Source: Synechocystis sp. PCC 6803 substr. PCC-P (GTDB taxonomy: Bacteria; Cyanobacteriota; Cyanobacteriia; Cyanobacteriales; Microcystaceae). Taken from it: a stretch of DNA of 32,000 nucleotides. The translations under genes and the position numbers were made by a program. Where the stretch lies: the NCBI RefSeq assembly GCF_000284455.1, contig NC_017039.1:2700001-2732000 (forward strand), given 5' to 3'. Positions 9,567 to 18,555 of the stretch are shown here, piece by piece; position 1 is the stretch's first letter; every line of letters starts with the position of its first letter. The notes under the pieces are model-generated. The model did no database searches and was not told where the DNA came from. It saw only the letters and a list, made by a program, of their open reading frames with translations.

Positions 9567-11132
9567 TTAACATGAATTATTCTTTCCCTTTACCCATTTA
9601 GCTAGAATTTTTTCAAAGGGCCTGATCGAAGTACATAGATTGTTTATAAAATACTTTTTTTCATCTTGTGGTAAACCAGAAATGGCGTATAAATAAGCAT
9701 TTTTTTGCCAAGGATCCATCAATTGATAATTTTCTTTGTAATCTCGAAGCCAATCAAAAGCATGATTTTGTTTCGCAGCTAGTAGAATTTCTCTTCTTAC
9801 AAATGGGTCACTCGATGCGTATTGTTCAGTTAATTTTGAGAAATGATTAATATATTTGTTTTTAGTGAAAAGGCTTAAAAGAGAAAGTTTTAGATATTCA
9901 TTGCTCTTAATTTCATCAGAATTTAAGAGAGATAATAATCTTTCTCCAATCTGAATCCATTTATTTTTTTCAATAGATTGTACAGAAGTAAAATAAGCGC
10001 ATATGTTGGCAAGACAAGGACTTAAGTTCTCAATTTCTTGTAGTGAAATTGAAATATCTACGGCACCAGGATGACCTATTTGCGTTAATCTCCGATAAAA
10101 CCATCGAAGACGAATATAATCTACTTGGTCTTTGTCAAGATAATCTTTAATGATCTTCGTAATTATTTCATCAGAAATTGACAACCAATCCTCATCACTA
10201 ATTTTATTGAAAGAAATTGCAATATAAGGATTACCATCAGAATATTTTCTTATGATTCTTAGTATCTTATCTTCATCCGAGGAAATTGGTCTATCTTCAA
10301 TCATAGATGGACACAGCTTTTTAAATTCTTCAGAATTATATGTTTGGGTTTTATGCCTTTGAAGTGTTAATCTTTGTTGCTTATCTAATGTTGATGCAAT
10401 AGAATATGCTAACTGTTTAGCATGATTTCTGGATTTACAGAAAACTATGATATCATCAGCAAAACGAATGAAATTAATTCCCTTAGAAACCAAACAATTA
10501 TCAATAGGGATCATGGTACTTTCTGCGATTAAATGTAAAGCATGAGGCCCAACAGGTATTCCACGAGATACTTTTGCCGTTGTTGATTCTATTAAACTAA
10601 TTATCCATTTTTTTGCTTGATTTGGAAAACCTGATGCAAATAATTGATTTTCTACAGTGTGATGATAAATTTGATTGTAAAAGTCAGCAATATCACAGTA
10701 TAAAACTGTATCAAAGCCATTACTCAGCGCGTATGCACTCTGCCAGAATTGGTTCCAAGAGATTTGATTATCATAAAAACCTGTTTGAAAATCTGGCTTA
10801 AATCTATAACTAAATACTTTTTCTTTTGTTAATCTACGATTTTCAATCTCCTGACCATATTGATAGATTAATGCAGAAAGAATAATTGAATCTTGTGGAT
10901 CTAATTGTGTAGCTTGGCGGTATGCCAATTCATCTTTAGGGACAATAAAACGACGGCAAGAACCAGGTTTAAAACTATCTAAATCTAAGTTTTTATTCTC
11001 AACCTGTTCTACAAATTCATCTGCCATATTATAAATGGCATCTATTTCCAAGACTTTCGGAAAAAAGTCACCATCGGAATGATGATATAAAAAGTTAACT
11101 GCCCAATGAAGTGACTCGCTTGTTAAAGTCAT
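9567..11132 (-). CDS. Stand-alone reverse transcriptase (RNA-directed DNA polymerase) with a helical C-terminal domain; UG/Abi (defence-associated RT) like, class unassigned
   Basis: RT motifs 1-2: RRFIVPKDELAYRQATQLDPQDSIILSALI. Motif A: LYCDIADFYNQIYHH. Motif B: SRGIPVGPHALHLIAE. Motif C: IRFADDIIVF, with FADD encoded at 10452-10463. About 250 aa of helix-rich C-terminus follow. No endonuclease or maturase signature seen. Sampled lines are about 28-30% GC against about 52% in the flanks. Confidence 0.85.
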   Translation of the reverse strand: MTLTSESLHWAVNFLYHHSDGDFFPKVLEIDAIYNMADEFVEQVENKNLDLDSFKPGSCRRFIVPKDELAYRQATQLDPQDSIILSALIYQYGQEIENRRLTKEKVFSYRFKPDFQTGFYDNQISWNQFWQSAYALSNGFDTVLYCDIADFYNQIYHHTVENQLFASGFPNQAKKWIISLIESTTAKVSRGIPVGPHALHLIAESTMIPIDNCLVSKGINFIRFADDIIVFCKSRNHAKQLAYSIASTLDKQQRLTLQRHKTQTYNSEEFKKLCPSMIEDRPISSDEDKILRIIRKYSDGNPYIAISFNKISDEDWLSISDEIITKIIKDYLDKDQVDYIRLRWFYRRLTQIGHPGAVDISISLQEIENLSPCLANICAYFTSVQSIEKNKWIQIGERLLSLLNSDEIKSNEYLKLSLLSLFTKNKYINHFSKLTEQYASSDPFVRREILLAAKQNHAFDWLRDYKENYQLMDPWQKNAYLYAISGLPQDEKKYFINNLCTSIRPFEKILAKWVKGKNNSC

Positions 11133-11197
11133 TTTTTTGTTCTGTTGTATGGGACAAGCTAGGCTTAATGGGTCTAGAGCGTCCCAATCATGACAAA

Positions 11198-14100
11198 CTA
11201 GCCTAGATAATCCTGCAATGCTTTAACGTCTAAAGGGTGATCCTGCAGACTGCGGAGGGCGGCAACGGTGGCTTTTCCTCCGGCGATCGTGGTGATGATG
11301 GGCAATTTATAATCCAACGCAGCCCGGCGAATGGTGCGGCCATCCAACTGGGACTCCTCGCCGCTGGGGGTGTTGATAATAAATTGGATTTGGCCGTTTT
11401 TGATCCAGTCAATGACGTGGGGTCGCCCTTCGTGGAGTTTTAACACCACTTCCACCCCTTCAATGCCATGTTCCCGCAGAACTTTTTGGGTACCAGAGGT
11501 AGCGACAACCTTAAAGCCCAGGTCAATTAATTCCCGCACTACGGGCACCGCCGCCTCTTTGGTGCGATCGCTCATGGACACAAATACCGTTCCGGTGGTG
11601 GCTAAAATTACCCCCGCTCCCAACTCTGCCTTCGCAAAGGCTTTACCAAAGTCGCTGTCAATGCCCATGACTTCCCCAGTGGAACGCATTTCTGGCCCCA
11701 GCAAAGTATCCGCCCCGGGGAATTTACTGAAGGGAAGAACGGCTTCTTTAACGGCCACGTGTTGGGGAATAAATTCCTCCGTTACCCCTAATTCTTCTAG
11801 GGTTTTGCCGGACATGACCAGGGAAGCAATTTTGGCCAAAGGACGGCCGGTGGCTTTACTGACATAGGGAACGGTGCGGGAAGCCCGGGGGTTAGCTTCG
11901 AGGATATAAACCTGGTCCCCCTGCACTGCGTACTGAATATTCATTAGACCCACCACGTTTAAGGCCCGGGCCAATTGTTCTGTCCATTGGCGGATGGTGG
12001 TCAGAACGTTATCGGAAAGGCTGGTGTAGGGAATGGAACAGGCGGAGTCCCCGGAATGGATGCCCGCTTCTTCGATGTGTTCCATGATGCTACCGATGAC
12101 CACTTTGCCGGTGCTATCGGTGAGGGAGTCCACGTCCACTTCAATGGCATTTTCCAGAAACTTGTCAATTAAAATGGGGTGGTCCGGCTCAATTTGCACC
12201 GCATAGGTCATGTACCGTTCTAATTCTTCATCGGAATAGACGATTTCCATGGCTCTTCCCCCTAGCACGTAGGAAGGGCGCACCACAACGGGATAACTAA
12301 TGCGGTTGGCCACCACTCTGGACTCTTCATAATCCCTGGCAATGCCGTTGGGAGGTTGGCTAATTTCCAGCTCGTGGAGAATCTTCTCAAATCGTTCCCG
12401 GTCTTCAGCGGTGTCGATGGAGTCAGGGGAAGTGCCCCAAATTTTAGTCTGCACGGGGCAATCGGGACTGTTTAAATACTTTTGCAGGGGAACTGCCAGT
12501 TTCAAAGGCGTTTGACCACCAAATTGGATAATGATGCCCACTGGGTTTTCCGCTTCAATAATATTTAAAACGTCTTCTTTCGTTAACGGCTCAAAATAGA
12601 GGCGATCGCTCGTGTCGTAGTCGGTGGAAACGGTTTCCGGGTTGGAGTTGACCATGATGGTTTCATAGCCCGCATCACTGAGGGAAAAGGCGGCATGGCA
12701 ACAGCAGTAATCAAATTCAATGCCTTGGCCAATGCGGTTGGGCCCCCCCCCCAGGATCATCACTTTGGGTTTGTCCGATGGCAATACTTCGCACTCTTCC
12801 GGTTCGTAGGTGGAGTAGTAGTAGGGGGTGAAGGCTTCAAATTCCGCCGCACAGGTGTCCACCACTTTATACACGGGGGTAATGCCCAAGGATTTGCGGT
12901 AGGCCCGCACTTCGTCTTCCGTGGTTTTGGTGGCAAAGGCTATCTGGCGATCGCCAAAGCCCTGTTGTTTGATGTAGCGCAGATCTGCGGCCGTGAGGTC
13001 TTTTAAACTCCGTTGTTTCATATATTTTTCTGTTTTGACCAAATCCTCTAGTTTGTCTAAAAACCAAGGATCGATCGCCGTCAACTCATGAATTTCTTCC
13101 ACTGTCATGCCCAAATTAAACGCATGGTGCAAAGAAAAGACCCGCTCTGGGTTGGGAGTCCGCAACTGGGAACGCAAATGGGACAGCGTCGGCAAAGTCT
13201 CATGGCGATCGCAACCGAAGCCGAACCGTCCTGTTTCCAAGGAACGTAACGCCTTTTGGAAAGATTCTTGGAAAGTACGACCAATGGCCATGGCTTCCCC
13301 GACGGATTTCATTTGGGTGTTTAAAATTGGCTCGGCCCCAGGGAATTTTTCAAAGGCAAAGCGGGGAATTTTGGTCACCACGTAATCAATGGTGGGTTCA
13401 AAGGAAGCGGGAGTCTTCTTAGTGATGTCGTTGGAAATTTCGTTGAGGGTATAGCCCACTGCTAACTTGGCCGCAAATTTGGCAATGGGGAAACCCGTGG
13501 CCTTAGAAGCCAGGGCCGAAGAACGGGAGACTCGGGGATTCATCTCGATCACAATCACATCGCCATTGGCCGGGTTAACGGAAAACTGAATGTTTGACCC
13601 CCCTGTTTCCACGCCAATTTCCCGAATAATGGCAATTGAATAGTCCCGTAGCCGTTGATATTCCTTATCGGTCAAAGTCTGGGCGGGAGCAACGGTAATG
13701 GAATCCCCAGTGTGAACCCCCATGGGGTCAAAGTTTTCAATGGAGCAGATAATGACCACGTTATCGGCCAAATCCCGCATCACTTCCAGCTCGTATTCCT
13801 TCCAGCCCAACAGGGATTTTTCCACCAGAATTTGGGACATGGGGGACTGATCCAAGCCGTATTGCACCATCTCCTCATATTCTTCTTGGTTGTAGGCAAT
13901 GCCGCCCCCCGTACCTGCCAACGTAAAAGCAGGGCGAATAATTAACGGATAGGAACCAATTTCATGGGCCACCTGCCGAGCTTCTTCGATGCTACTGGCG
14001 ATGCCCGATGGACAAACGGGAACCCCAATGCGGGCCATGGCTTCCTTGAATAATTCCCGGTCTTCCCCCATTTCGATCGCCGGCAGTTTCGCCCCAATTA

Positions 14101-14443
14101 ATTCCACCCCATATTTTTCCAGCACCCCGGACTTAGACAGAGATACCGCCAGGTTCAATGCCGTTTGCCCCCCCATGGTGGGTAAAACTGCGTCCGGCCG
14201 TTCTTTTTCAATAATTTTTTCCACAATTTCCGGAATGAGCGGCTCAATGTAGGTGCGATCCGCCAACTCCGGGTCAGTCATGATCGATGCTGGGTTGGAG
14301 TTTACCAACACCACTTCATAACCTTCTTCCTTCAACGCCTTACACGCCTGGGTGCCCGAATAATCAAATTCGCAAGCTTGACCAATAACAATGGGGCCAG
14401 CCCCCAAAATCATAATTTTGTTTAAGTCGTTGCGGCGTGGCAT
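11198..14443 (-). CDS. carB: Carbamoyl-phosphate synthase large subunit
   Basis: About 1081 aa with two ATP-grasp halves ([17 protein letters not shown] and [17 protein letters not shown]) and an MGS-like C-terminus. The likely start [17 protein letters not shown] is at 14443; the track start at 14515 adds 24 atypical residues. Confidence 0.97.
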   Translation of the reverse strand: MPRRNDLNKIMILGAGPIVIGQACEFDYSGTQACKALKEEGYEVVLVNSNPASIMTDPELADRTYIEPLIPEIVEKIIEKERPDAVLPTMGGQTALNLAVSLSKSGVLEKYGVELIGAKLPAIEMGEDRELFKEAMARIGVPVCPSGIASSIEEARQVAHEIGSYPLIIRPAFTLAGTGGGIAYNQEEYEEMVQYGLDQSPMSQILVEKSLLGWKEYELEVMRDLADNVVIICSIENFDPMGVHTGDSITVAPAQTLTDKEYQRLRDYSIAIIREIGVETGGSNIQFSVNPANGDVIVIEMNPRVSRSSALASKATGFPIAKFAAKLAVGYTLNEISNDITKKTPASFEPTIDYVVTKIPRFAFEKFPGAEPILNTQMKSVGEAMAIGRTFQESFQKALRSLETGRFGFGCDRHETLPTLSHLRSQLRTPNPERVFSLHHAFNLGMTVEEIHELTAIDPWFLDKLEDLVKTEKYMKQRSLKDLTAADLRYIKQQGFGDRQIAFATKTTEDEVRAYRKSLGITPVYKVVDTCAAEFEAFTPYYYSTYEPEECEVLPSDKPKVMILGGGPNRIGQGIEFDYCCCHAAFSLSDAGYETIMVNSNPETVSTDYDTSDRLYFEPLTKEDVLNIIEAENPVGIIIQFGGQTPLKLAVPLQKYLNSPDCPVQTKIWGTSPDSIDTAEDRERFEKILHELEISQPPNGIARDYEESRVVANRISYPVVVRPSYVLGGRAMEIVYSDEELERYMTYAVQIEPDHPILIDKFLENAIEVDVDSLTDSTGKVVIGSIMEHIEEAGIHSGDSACSIPYTSLSDNVLTTIRQWTEQLARALNVVGLMNIQYAVQGDQVYILEANPRASRTVPYVSKATGRPLAKIASLVMSGKTLEELGVTEEFIPQHVAVKEAVLPFSKFPGADTLLGPEMRSTGEVMGIDSDFGKAFAKAELGAGVILATTGTVFVSMSDRTKEAAVPVVRELIDLGFKVVATSGTQKVLREHGIEGVEVVLKLHEGRPHVIDWIKNGQIQFIINTPSGEESQLDGRTIRRAALDYKLPIITTIAGGKATVAALRSLQDHPLDVKALQDYLG

Positions 14444-14561
14444 AGGTAAAACTGTCCGAGACGTGATGGGGATTTCGATCCCAATCATTGTATAGGCTTT
14501 ATCGGCGATCGCCACCCGTTCCCATATCCAGGTTTATTGACCAAAAATCCGGGTCCGAATC

Positions 14562-14990
14562 CTATTTAATCGCCCCCACCGCCCAGCCTAGGGCACAGGC
14601 GATCGCCACCACGCAAGAAGTCTTAAAAGCATTGATGGTAGTGGGTTGTACCTGGGCATCTTCCCTTTCTTCCTCAGTTTTGGCCCGACTAAATCGACGT
14701 TTTTGCACGGAGAAATAAACAATTTGGGAAACAATGGACAGGGTTAGGGGCAAAAAGACCCAGCGACTAGCTAAGACCAAAGTTATCCCGGTGGCTAAAG
14801 TGAAAATGCTACCCAAAAATAAAAAATAGCTCAGTAATTTATCCTGTTTTTTTAAGGCGATCGCCTCTATGGCCCGGTCTAAAAAGAGGGATTCCCGCGC
14901 CGCCTGTAGGGTCAGAAAGCCGCCAAAAATCCAAAACGCACCAAAAAGCCGCAGACAGGATTGAAAACCAATGACAAAAAAATTCTGCAT
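14562..14990 (-). CDS. Hypothetical membrane protein with about 4 transmembrane helices
   Basis: 142-aa hydrophobic ORF lying between pyrR and carB on the same strand. No family recognised. Confidence 0.5.
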   Translation of the reverse strand: MQNFFVIGFQSCLRLFGAFWIFGGFLTLQAARESLFLDRAIEAIALKKQDKLLSYFLFLGSIFTLATGITLVLASRWVFLPLTLSIVSQIVYFSVQKRRFSRAKTEEEREDAQVQPTTINAFKTSCVVAIACALGWAVGAIK

Positions 14991-15003
14991 TTTGAGTTGA
15001 AAA

Positions 15004-15540
15004 TTAACCTTTAATTAACTCCACCGTGTCCCGACCATCGGGATCCTGTAAATATACTTTCACCTGTTCCTCCGCCGCTGTAGGCAGGATTTTGCCAACA
15101 AAATCAGGATGGATGGGTAACTCTCGATGACCCCGGTCTACCAAAGTTAATAAACGAATTACCTGGGGACGACCATATTCTGTCACCGCATTGAGTGCCG
15201 CCCGGATAGTGCGGCCTTTATAAATTACGTCATCCACCAATACAACCCTTTTGCCAGTCAAACTGAGGGGAATTTTGGTTTTAGCCGGGGTGCGGGTTTT
15301 GATCCGTTTTAAATCGTCCCGGTAGAGAGTCACATCGATCGCCCCAACGGGGACTTTAACTTGTTCCAACATTTCAATTTGCTGGGCAAGCTGATGGGCG
15401 AGGGGTACTCCCCTGGTGTAGATCCCCAGTAAGACCAACTCCGACAGGTCACTATTTTTCTCAATTACCTGGGAAGCCAGACGGGTAAGGGTACGTCGGA
15501 TTTCCTCCGGGGAAAGAATTTCAATGATCTGGGCCGCCAT
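15004..15540 (-). CDS. pyrR: Bifunctional pyrimidine regulatory protein PyrR / uracil phosphoribosyltransferase
   Basis: 178 aa with a PRTase PRPP loop ([18 protein letters not shown]) and PyrR-typical blocks ([23 protein letters not shown]). Confidence 0.92.
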   Translation of the reverse strand: MAAQIIEILSPEEIRRTLTRLASQVIEKNSDLSELVLLGIYTRGVPLAHQLAQQIEMLEQVKVPVGAIDVTLYRDDLKRIKTRTPAKTKIPLSLTGKRVVLVDDVIYKGRTIRAALNAVTEYGRPQVIRLLTLVDRGHRELPIHPDFVGKILPTAAEEQVKVYLQDPDGRDTVELIKG

Positions 15541-15876
15541 GGCTCACCACCTGCACCGATGCCAAAAAGTTGTTTTGTCACTGACACTGTAACAGGGGAA
15601 AGTCTCCTCTGTTCACCCTGCCGGACAGTGGGGGCGTGGTATGATCTAGAACGTCGATTGTTACATTTCTTAATGAATTCCTAATCTTTATGGCTCCAGC
15701 CCCGGAGTTTACCTCCAGGGGTAGTCTGGCTCGACTGTGATTATTGCCCATAATCCAGACCCGTCGGCGGTGCAGAGGTCTTTTACGGATACAATTTTAG
15801 AGACTGCATCATTCGATACAATCAAGGCGATTGGAGCATTAGGGCTAAAAAACATACCCATAACCTCCAGTTTATT

Positions 15877-16581
15877 GTGACCATTGCTTCTTCCCATTCC
15901 ATCAATAACGGCATGAACACCGGTAAATTAGTGAATCAGCTTTCCTCCCTACCTGACCGTAATACCCACAATGGGCAAGAGGTGAAATATCATCCCGAAA
16001 ATGTTGAGTTGAATAAAGAAAAAATGATGGACGCGGTGCGCGTCATGTTGGAGTCAGTAGGGGAAGATCCGGAAAGGGAAGGCTTGCTAAAAACCCCCAA
16101 ACGGGTAGCAGAAGCAATGCAATTTTTGACCCAGGGTTATGACCAATCCTTGGAAAAATTAGTCAATGGCGCCATTTTTGACGAAGGTCATAACGAAATG
16201 GTATTGGTGCGGGACATTGATTTTTTCAGTTTGTGTGAACATCACATGTTGCCCTTTATGGGTAAGGCCCATTTGGCTTATATTCCCAACCAAAAAGTAG
16301 TGGGACTGAGCAAACTGGCCCGCATCGTGGAAATGTTTTCCCGCCGTCTCCAGGTACAGGAGCGTCTCACCAGGCAGATCGCCGAAGCAGTACAGGAAAT
16401 CCTCGATCCCCAAGGTGTGGCAGTGGTGATGGAAGCCACCCACATGTGCATGGTAATGCGTGGTGTACAAAAACCAGGTTCCTGGACAGTGACCAGTGCC
16501 ATGATTGGTTCTTTCCAAAATGAACAAAAAACCAGAGAAGAGTTTTTGAACCTGATTCGCCATCAACCTAATTTCTATTAA
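15877..16581 (+). CDS. folE: GTP cyclohydrolase I
   Basis: [47 protein letters not shown] and [14 protein letters not shown] are FolE signatures. The track start is a GTG at 15877; an in-frame ATG at 15913 is equally plausible. Confidence 0.93.
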   Translation: MTIASSHSINNGMNTGKLVNQLSSLPDRNTHNGQEVKYHPENVELNKEKMMDAVRVMLESVGEDPEREGLLKTPKRVAEAMQFLTQGYDQSLEKLVNGAIFDEGHNEMVLVRDIDFFSLCEHHMLPFMGKAHLAYIPNQKVVGLSKLARIVEMFSRRLQVQERLTRQIAEAVQEILDPQGVAVVMEATHMCMVMRGVQKPGSWTVTSAMIGSFQNEQKTREEFLNLIRHQPNFY

Positions 16582-16604
16582 TTGTTTCCTGGGGAGAATT
16601 ATCT

Positions 16605-16631
16605 AAAACCCATCGAATTAGTTAGGGTTTT
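16605..16631 (+). terminator. Hairpin downstream of folE (AAAACCC, 13-nt loop, GGGTTTT)
   Basis: A 7-bp perfect inverted repeat at 16605-16611 and 16625-16631, starting 24 nt after the folE stop. The U-run lies within the 3' arm only, so this is a weak terminator candidate. Confidence 0.3.
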
Positions 16632-16789
16632 GGGAGAAATATTTAGTAATCAATCTCAGACATTGAAAATCTACTTGGATTGGTTTAGCAATGCTGAGAT
16701 GGATAGGGCTAGGTATAACTTCTCCCCCAGAAGTAGTTTTGATCATTCTAATGACCCAGTGATGTTTCCTTGTTAGCGGGCTTAATTCC

Positions 16790-18040
16790 ATGGCGGCTGA
16801 GATTATCTGTGTTGGCACCGAGTTATTGCTGGGGGAAATCCTTAACAGTAATAGTCAATATTTAGCCCAGGAGTTGGCCCGCCTTGGCATTCCCCATTAT
16901 TTTCAAACGGTGGTGGGGGATAATCCGGAGCGCATCAAACGGGCGATCGCCATTGCCCGGGAACGGGCCCAAATTCTCATTTTTACTGGGGGATTAGGGC
17001 CTACCCCGGACGATTTGACCACGGAAACCATAGCGGATTTTTTCCGGACTCCTTTACAGGAAAACATCGCTGTTATTGCCGATATTGAAGCAAAATTTGC
17101 CCAAACGGGGCGCCCCATGGCCGCCAATAATCGTAAGCAAGCTCTGCTTCCCCTGGGGGCAGAATTATTGGCCAATGCAACGGGAACGGCCCCAGGCATG
17201 ATTTGGCATCCCCAACCGGACCTATTGATTTTGACTTTCCCTGGGGTGCCATCAGAAATGCGTCAAATGTGGCAAGGGGTGGCGGTGCCCTATCTACAAA
17301 GCCAGGGCTGGGGAAAAACCACCATCTACAGCCGAGTGTTGCGCTTTCAGGGCATTGGCGAATCGGCCCTGGCAGAAAAAGTAACGGATTTTTTCACTTT
17401 GACCAATCCCACCGTGGCCCCCTATGCCGGTAAAGGGGAAGTGCGTTTGAGAATTTCCTGTCCCGCTTCTTCGGAAGCCCTGGCCAAAGAAATTATTGAT
17501 CCAATAGCAGAGGAAATTAAGGCGATCGCCGGTTTGGACTATTTTGGCCAGGATGAAGATACCATTGCGTCGGTGGTGGGGGCCCTGTTGCGAGAACGGG
17601 GAGAAACCGTAGCGGTGGCGGAATCCTGCACAGGCGGCGGTTTAGGAGCTTTGTTGACCGATCAACCAGGCAGTTCTGACTACTTCTGGGGCGGAGTCAT
17701 TGCCTACTATAATCAGGTGAAAATTAAACTTCTCGGGGTGGATCCGGAAATCATTGAATACTGTGGGGCGGTTAGTGAAGCCACAGCGGAGGCGATGGCC
17801 CTGGGAGTGAAAGAAAGACTGGGTACAGATTGGGGCATTGCCATTACCGGCATTGCTGGCCCCGGTGGTGGGACGGAGGAAAAACCTATTGGTACAGTGT
17901 ACGTTGGCCTGGCGGATCCCCATGGTCAAGCTAGCCATATCTTGTTGCAATTTGGCGATCGCCGGGGACGGGAATGGATTAGATATTTGAGTGCTTGCCA
18001 AGCATTGGATCATCTGCGGCGGCGTTTACAGAGTAGCTGA
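16790..18040 (+). CDS. cinA: CinA-family competence/damage-inducible protein (MoCF-binding domain plus PncC-type NMN deamidase domain)
   Basis: N-terminus AEIICVGTELLLGEILNSNSQYLA and C-terminal domain AVAESCTGGGLGALLTDQPGSSDYFWGGVIAYYNQVK. Confidence 0.9.
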   Translation: MAAEIICVGTELLLGEILNSNSQYLAQELARLGIPHYFQTVVGDNPERIKRAIAIARERAQILIFTGGLGPTPDDLTTETIADFFRTPLQENIAVIADIEAKFAQTGRPMAANNRKQALLPLGAELLANATGTAPGMIWHPQPDLLILTFPGVPSEMRQMWQGVAVPYLQSQGWGKTTIYSRVLRFQGIGESALAEKVTDFFTLTNPTVAPYAGKGEVRLRISCPASSEALAKEIIDPIAEEIKAIAGLDYFGQDEDTIASVVGALLRERGETVAVAESCTGGGLGALLTDQPGSSDYFWGGVIAYYNQVKIKLLGVDPEIIEYCGAVSEATAEAMALGVKERLGTDWGIAITGIAGPGGGTEEKPIGTVYVGLADPHGQASHILLQFGDRRGREWIRYLSACQALDHLRRRLQSS

Positions 18041-18076
18041 GTTAGCTGAATCCCACTAATTTTTCCCCATTTTTCT

Positions 18077-18529
18077 CTAGCCTCCAAAAGCATCGGTTAA
18101 ATATTGCTCCAACCGCAGGCGGTAACCTTGCCAGACAATGGTTTGGCCCATCTGGAAATTGGTCGGTAAATTAGCAAACTTCCCCTCGGCATTCTCCCCT
18201 GTAGGAACGGAACCCTGGGAAAAAACGATCATCACATCGAAACGACAGTTCCAATCACTCCACTGGGGCTGACTAGCAAGGAAATGGTTGGCTGTTTGCC
18301 AGATTTTTTCCTGCTTACGGGCGTTGACCGCCAACAATCCCCCCTGGTCCCAATTGCCGCCGCTACGGGTTTTTACCTCCACAAAGGCGATAATTTTGGT
18401 GTCCGGAAAATGGGTAATTAAGTCAATTTCTCCCCACGGCGATCGCCAGCGTTGTTGCAGGATTTTTCCGCCCTGCTGTTCAAGCCAGGCCGCCACCAAA
18501 CTTTCCCCGGCCTGTCCTAAATCCGTCAT
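18077..18529 (-). CDS. YraN/UPF0102-family endonuclease-like protein
   Basis: GESLVAAWLEQQGGKILQQRWRSPWGEIDLI...AFVEVKTRS matches the UPF0102 (restriction-endonuclease-like fold) core. Confidence 0.8.
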   Translation of the reverse strand: MTDLGQAGESLVAAWLEQQGGKILQQRWRSPWGEIDLITHFPDTKIIAFVEVKTRSGGNWDQGGLLAVNARKQEKIWQTANHFLASQPQWSDWNCRFDVMIVFSQGSVPTGENAEGKFANLPTNFQMGQTIVWQGYRLRLEQYLTDAFGG

Positions 18530-18555
18530 GGTTGCTTGTTCGTTTACACCATTAA

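Noticed and set aside
9567-11197. The RT as a group II intron-encoded protein
   Set aside because: Only 65 bp separate the RT ATG from the carB stop, and 102 bp separate its stop from hicB. That leaves no room for intron RNA domains I-IV upstream or V-VI downstream. The C-terminus shows no maturase (X) or HNH endonuclease signature that I can recognise.
9465-11197. The RT as a retron RT with msr/msd
   Set aside because: Retron RTs are usually 300-400 aa, with the msr/msd locus and long a1/a2 inverted repeats in roughly 150-250 bp next to the gene. This protein has a 250-aa C-terminal extension, and the flanks are too short and lack such repeats. A covariance or structure search is still needed to exclude this fully.
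12743-12752. C10 homopolymer in carB, plus C9 (20268-20276) and G9 (21706-21714) tracts in the SpoIID-like gene, as possible phase-variation switches
   Set aside because: All of them encode conserved Gly-Gly-Gly or Pro-Pro motifs in frame. carB is essential and an unlikely target for slippage switching. Phase variation through homopolymers is not a known feature of this lineage.
11230-14252. Several 60-178-aa ORFs on both strands inside carB (e.g. 11331-11867, 12695-13006, 13655-13945)
   Set aside because: All overlap the carB reading frame, which has unambiguous family signatures. They are shadow ORFs.
15709-15897. 62-aa minus-strand ORF in the pyrR-folE divergent region
   Set aside because: It overlaps the folE start region and has no motif or ribosome-binding site. 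It is probably spurious.
16159-16566. 135-aa and 74-aa minus-strand ORFs
   Set aside because: They are antisense to folE. Their His/Gly-rich shadow composition shows no motifs.
16582-16776. 64-aa ORF starting with TTG directly after the folE stop
   Set aside because: It has no Shine-Dalgarno sequence, a non-ATG start and no recognisable family. The region is more simply the folE terminator plus the cinA promoter. Translation cannot be excluded.
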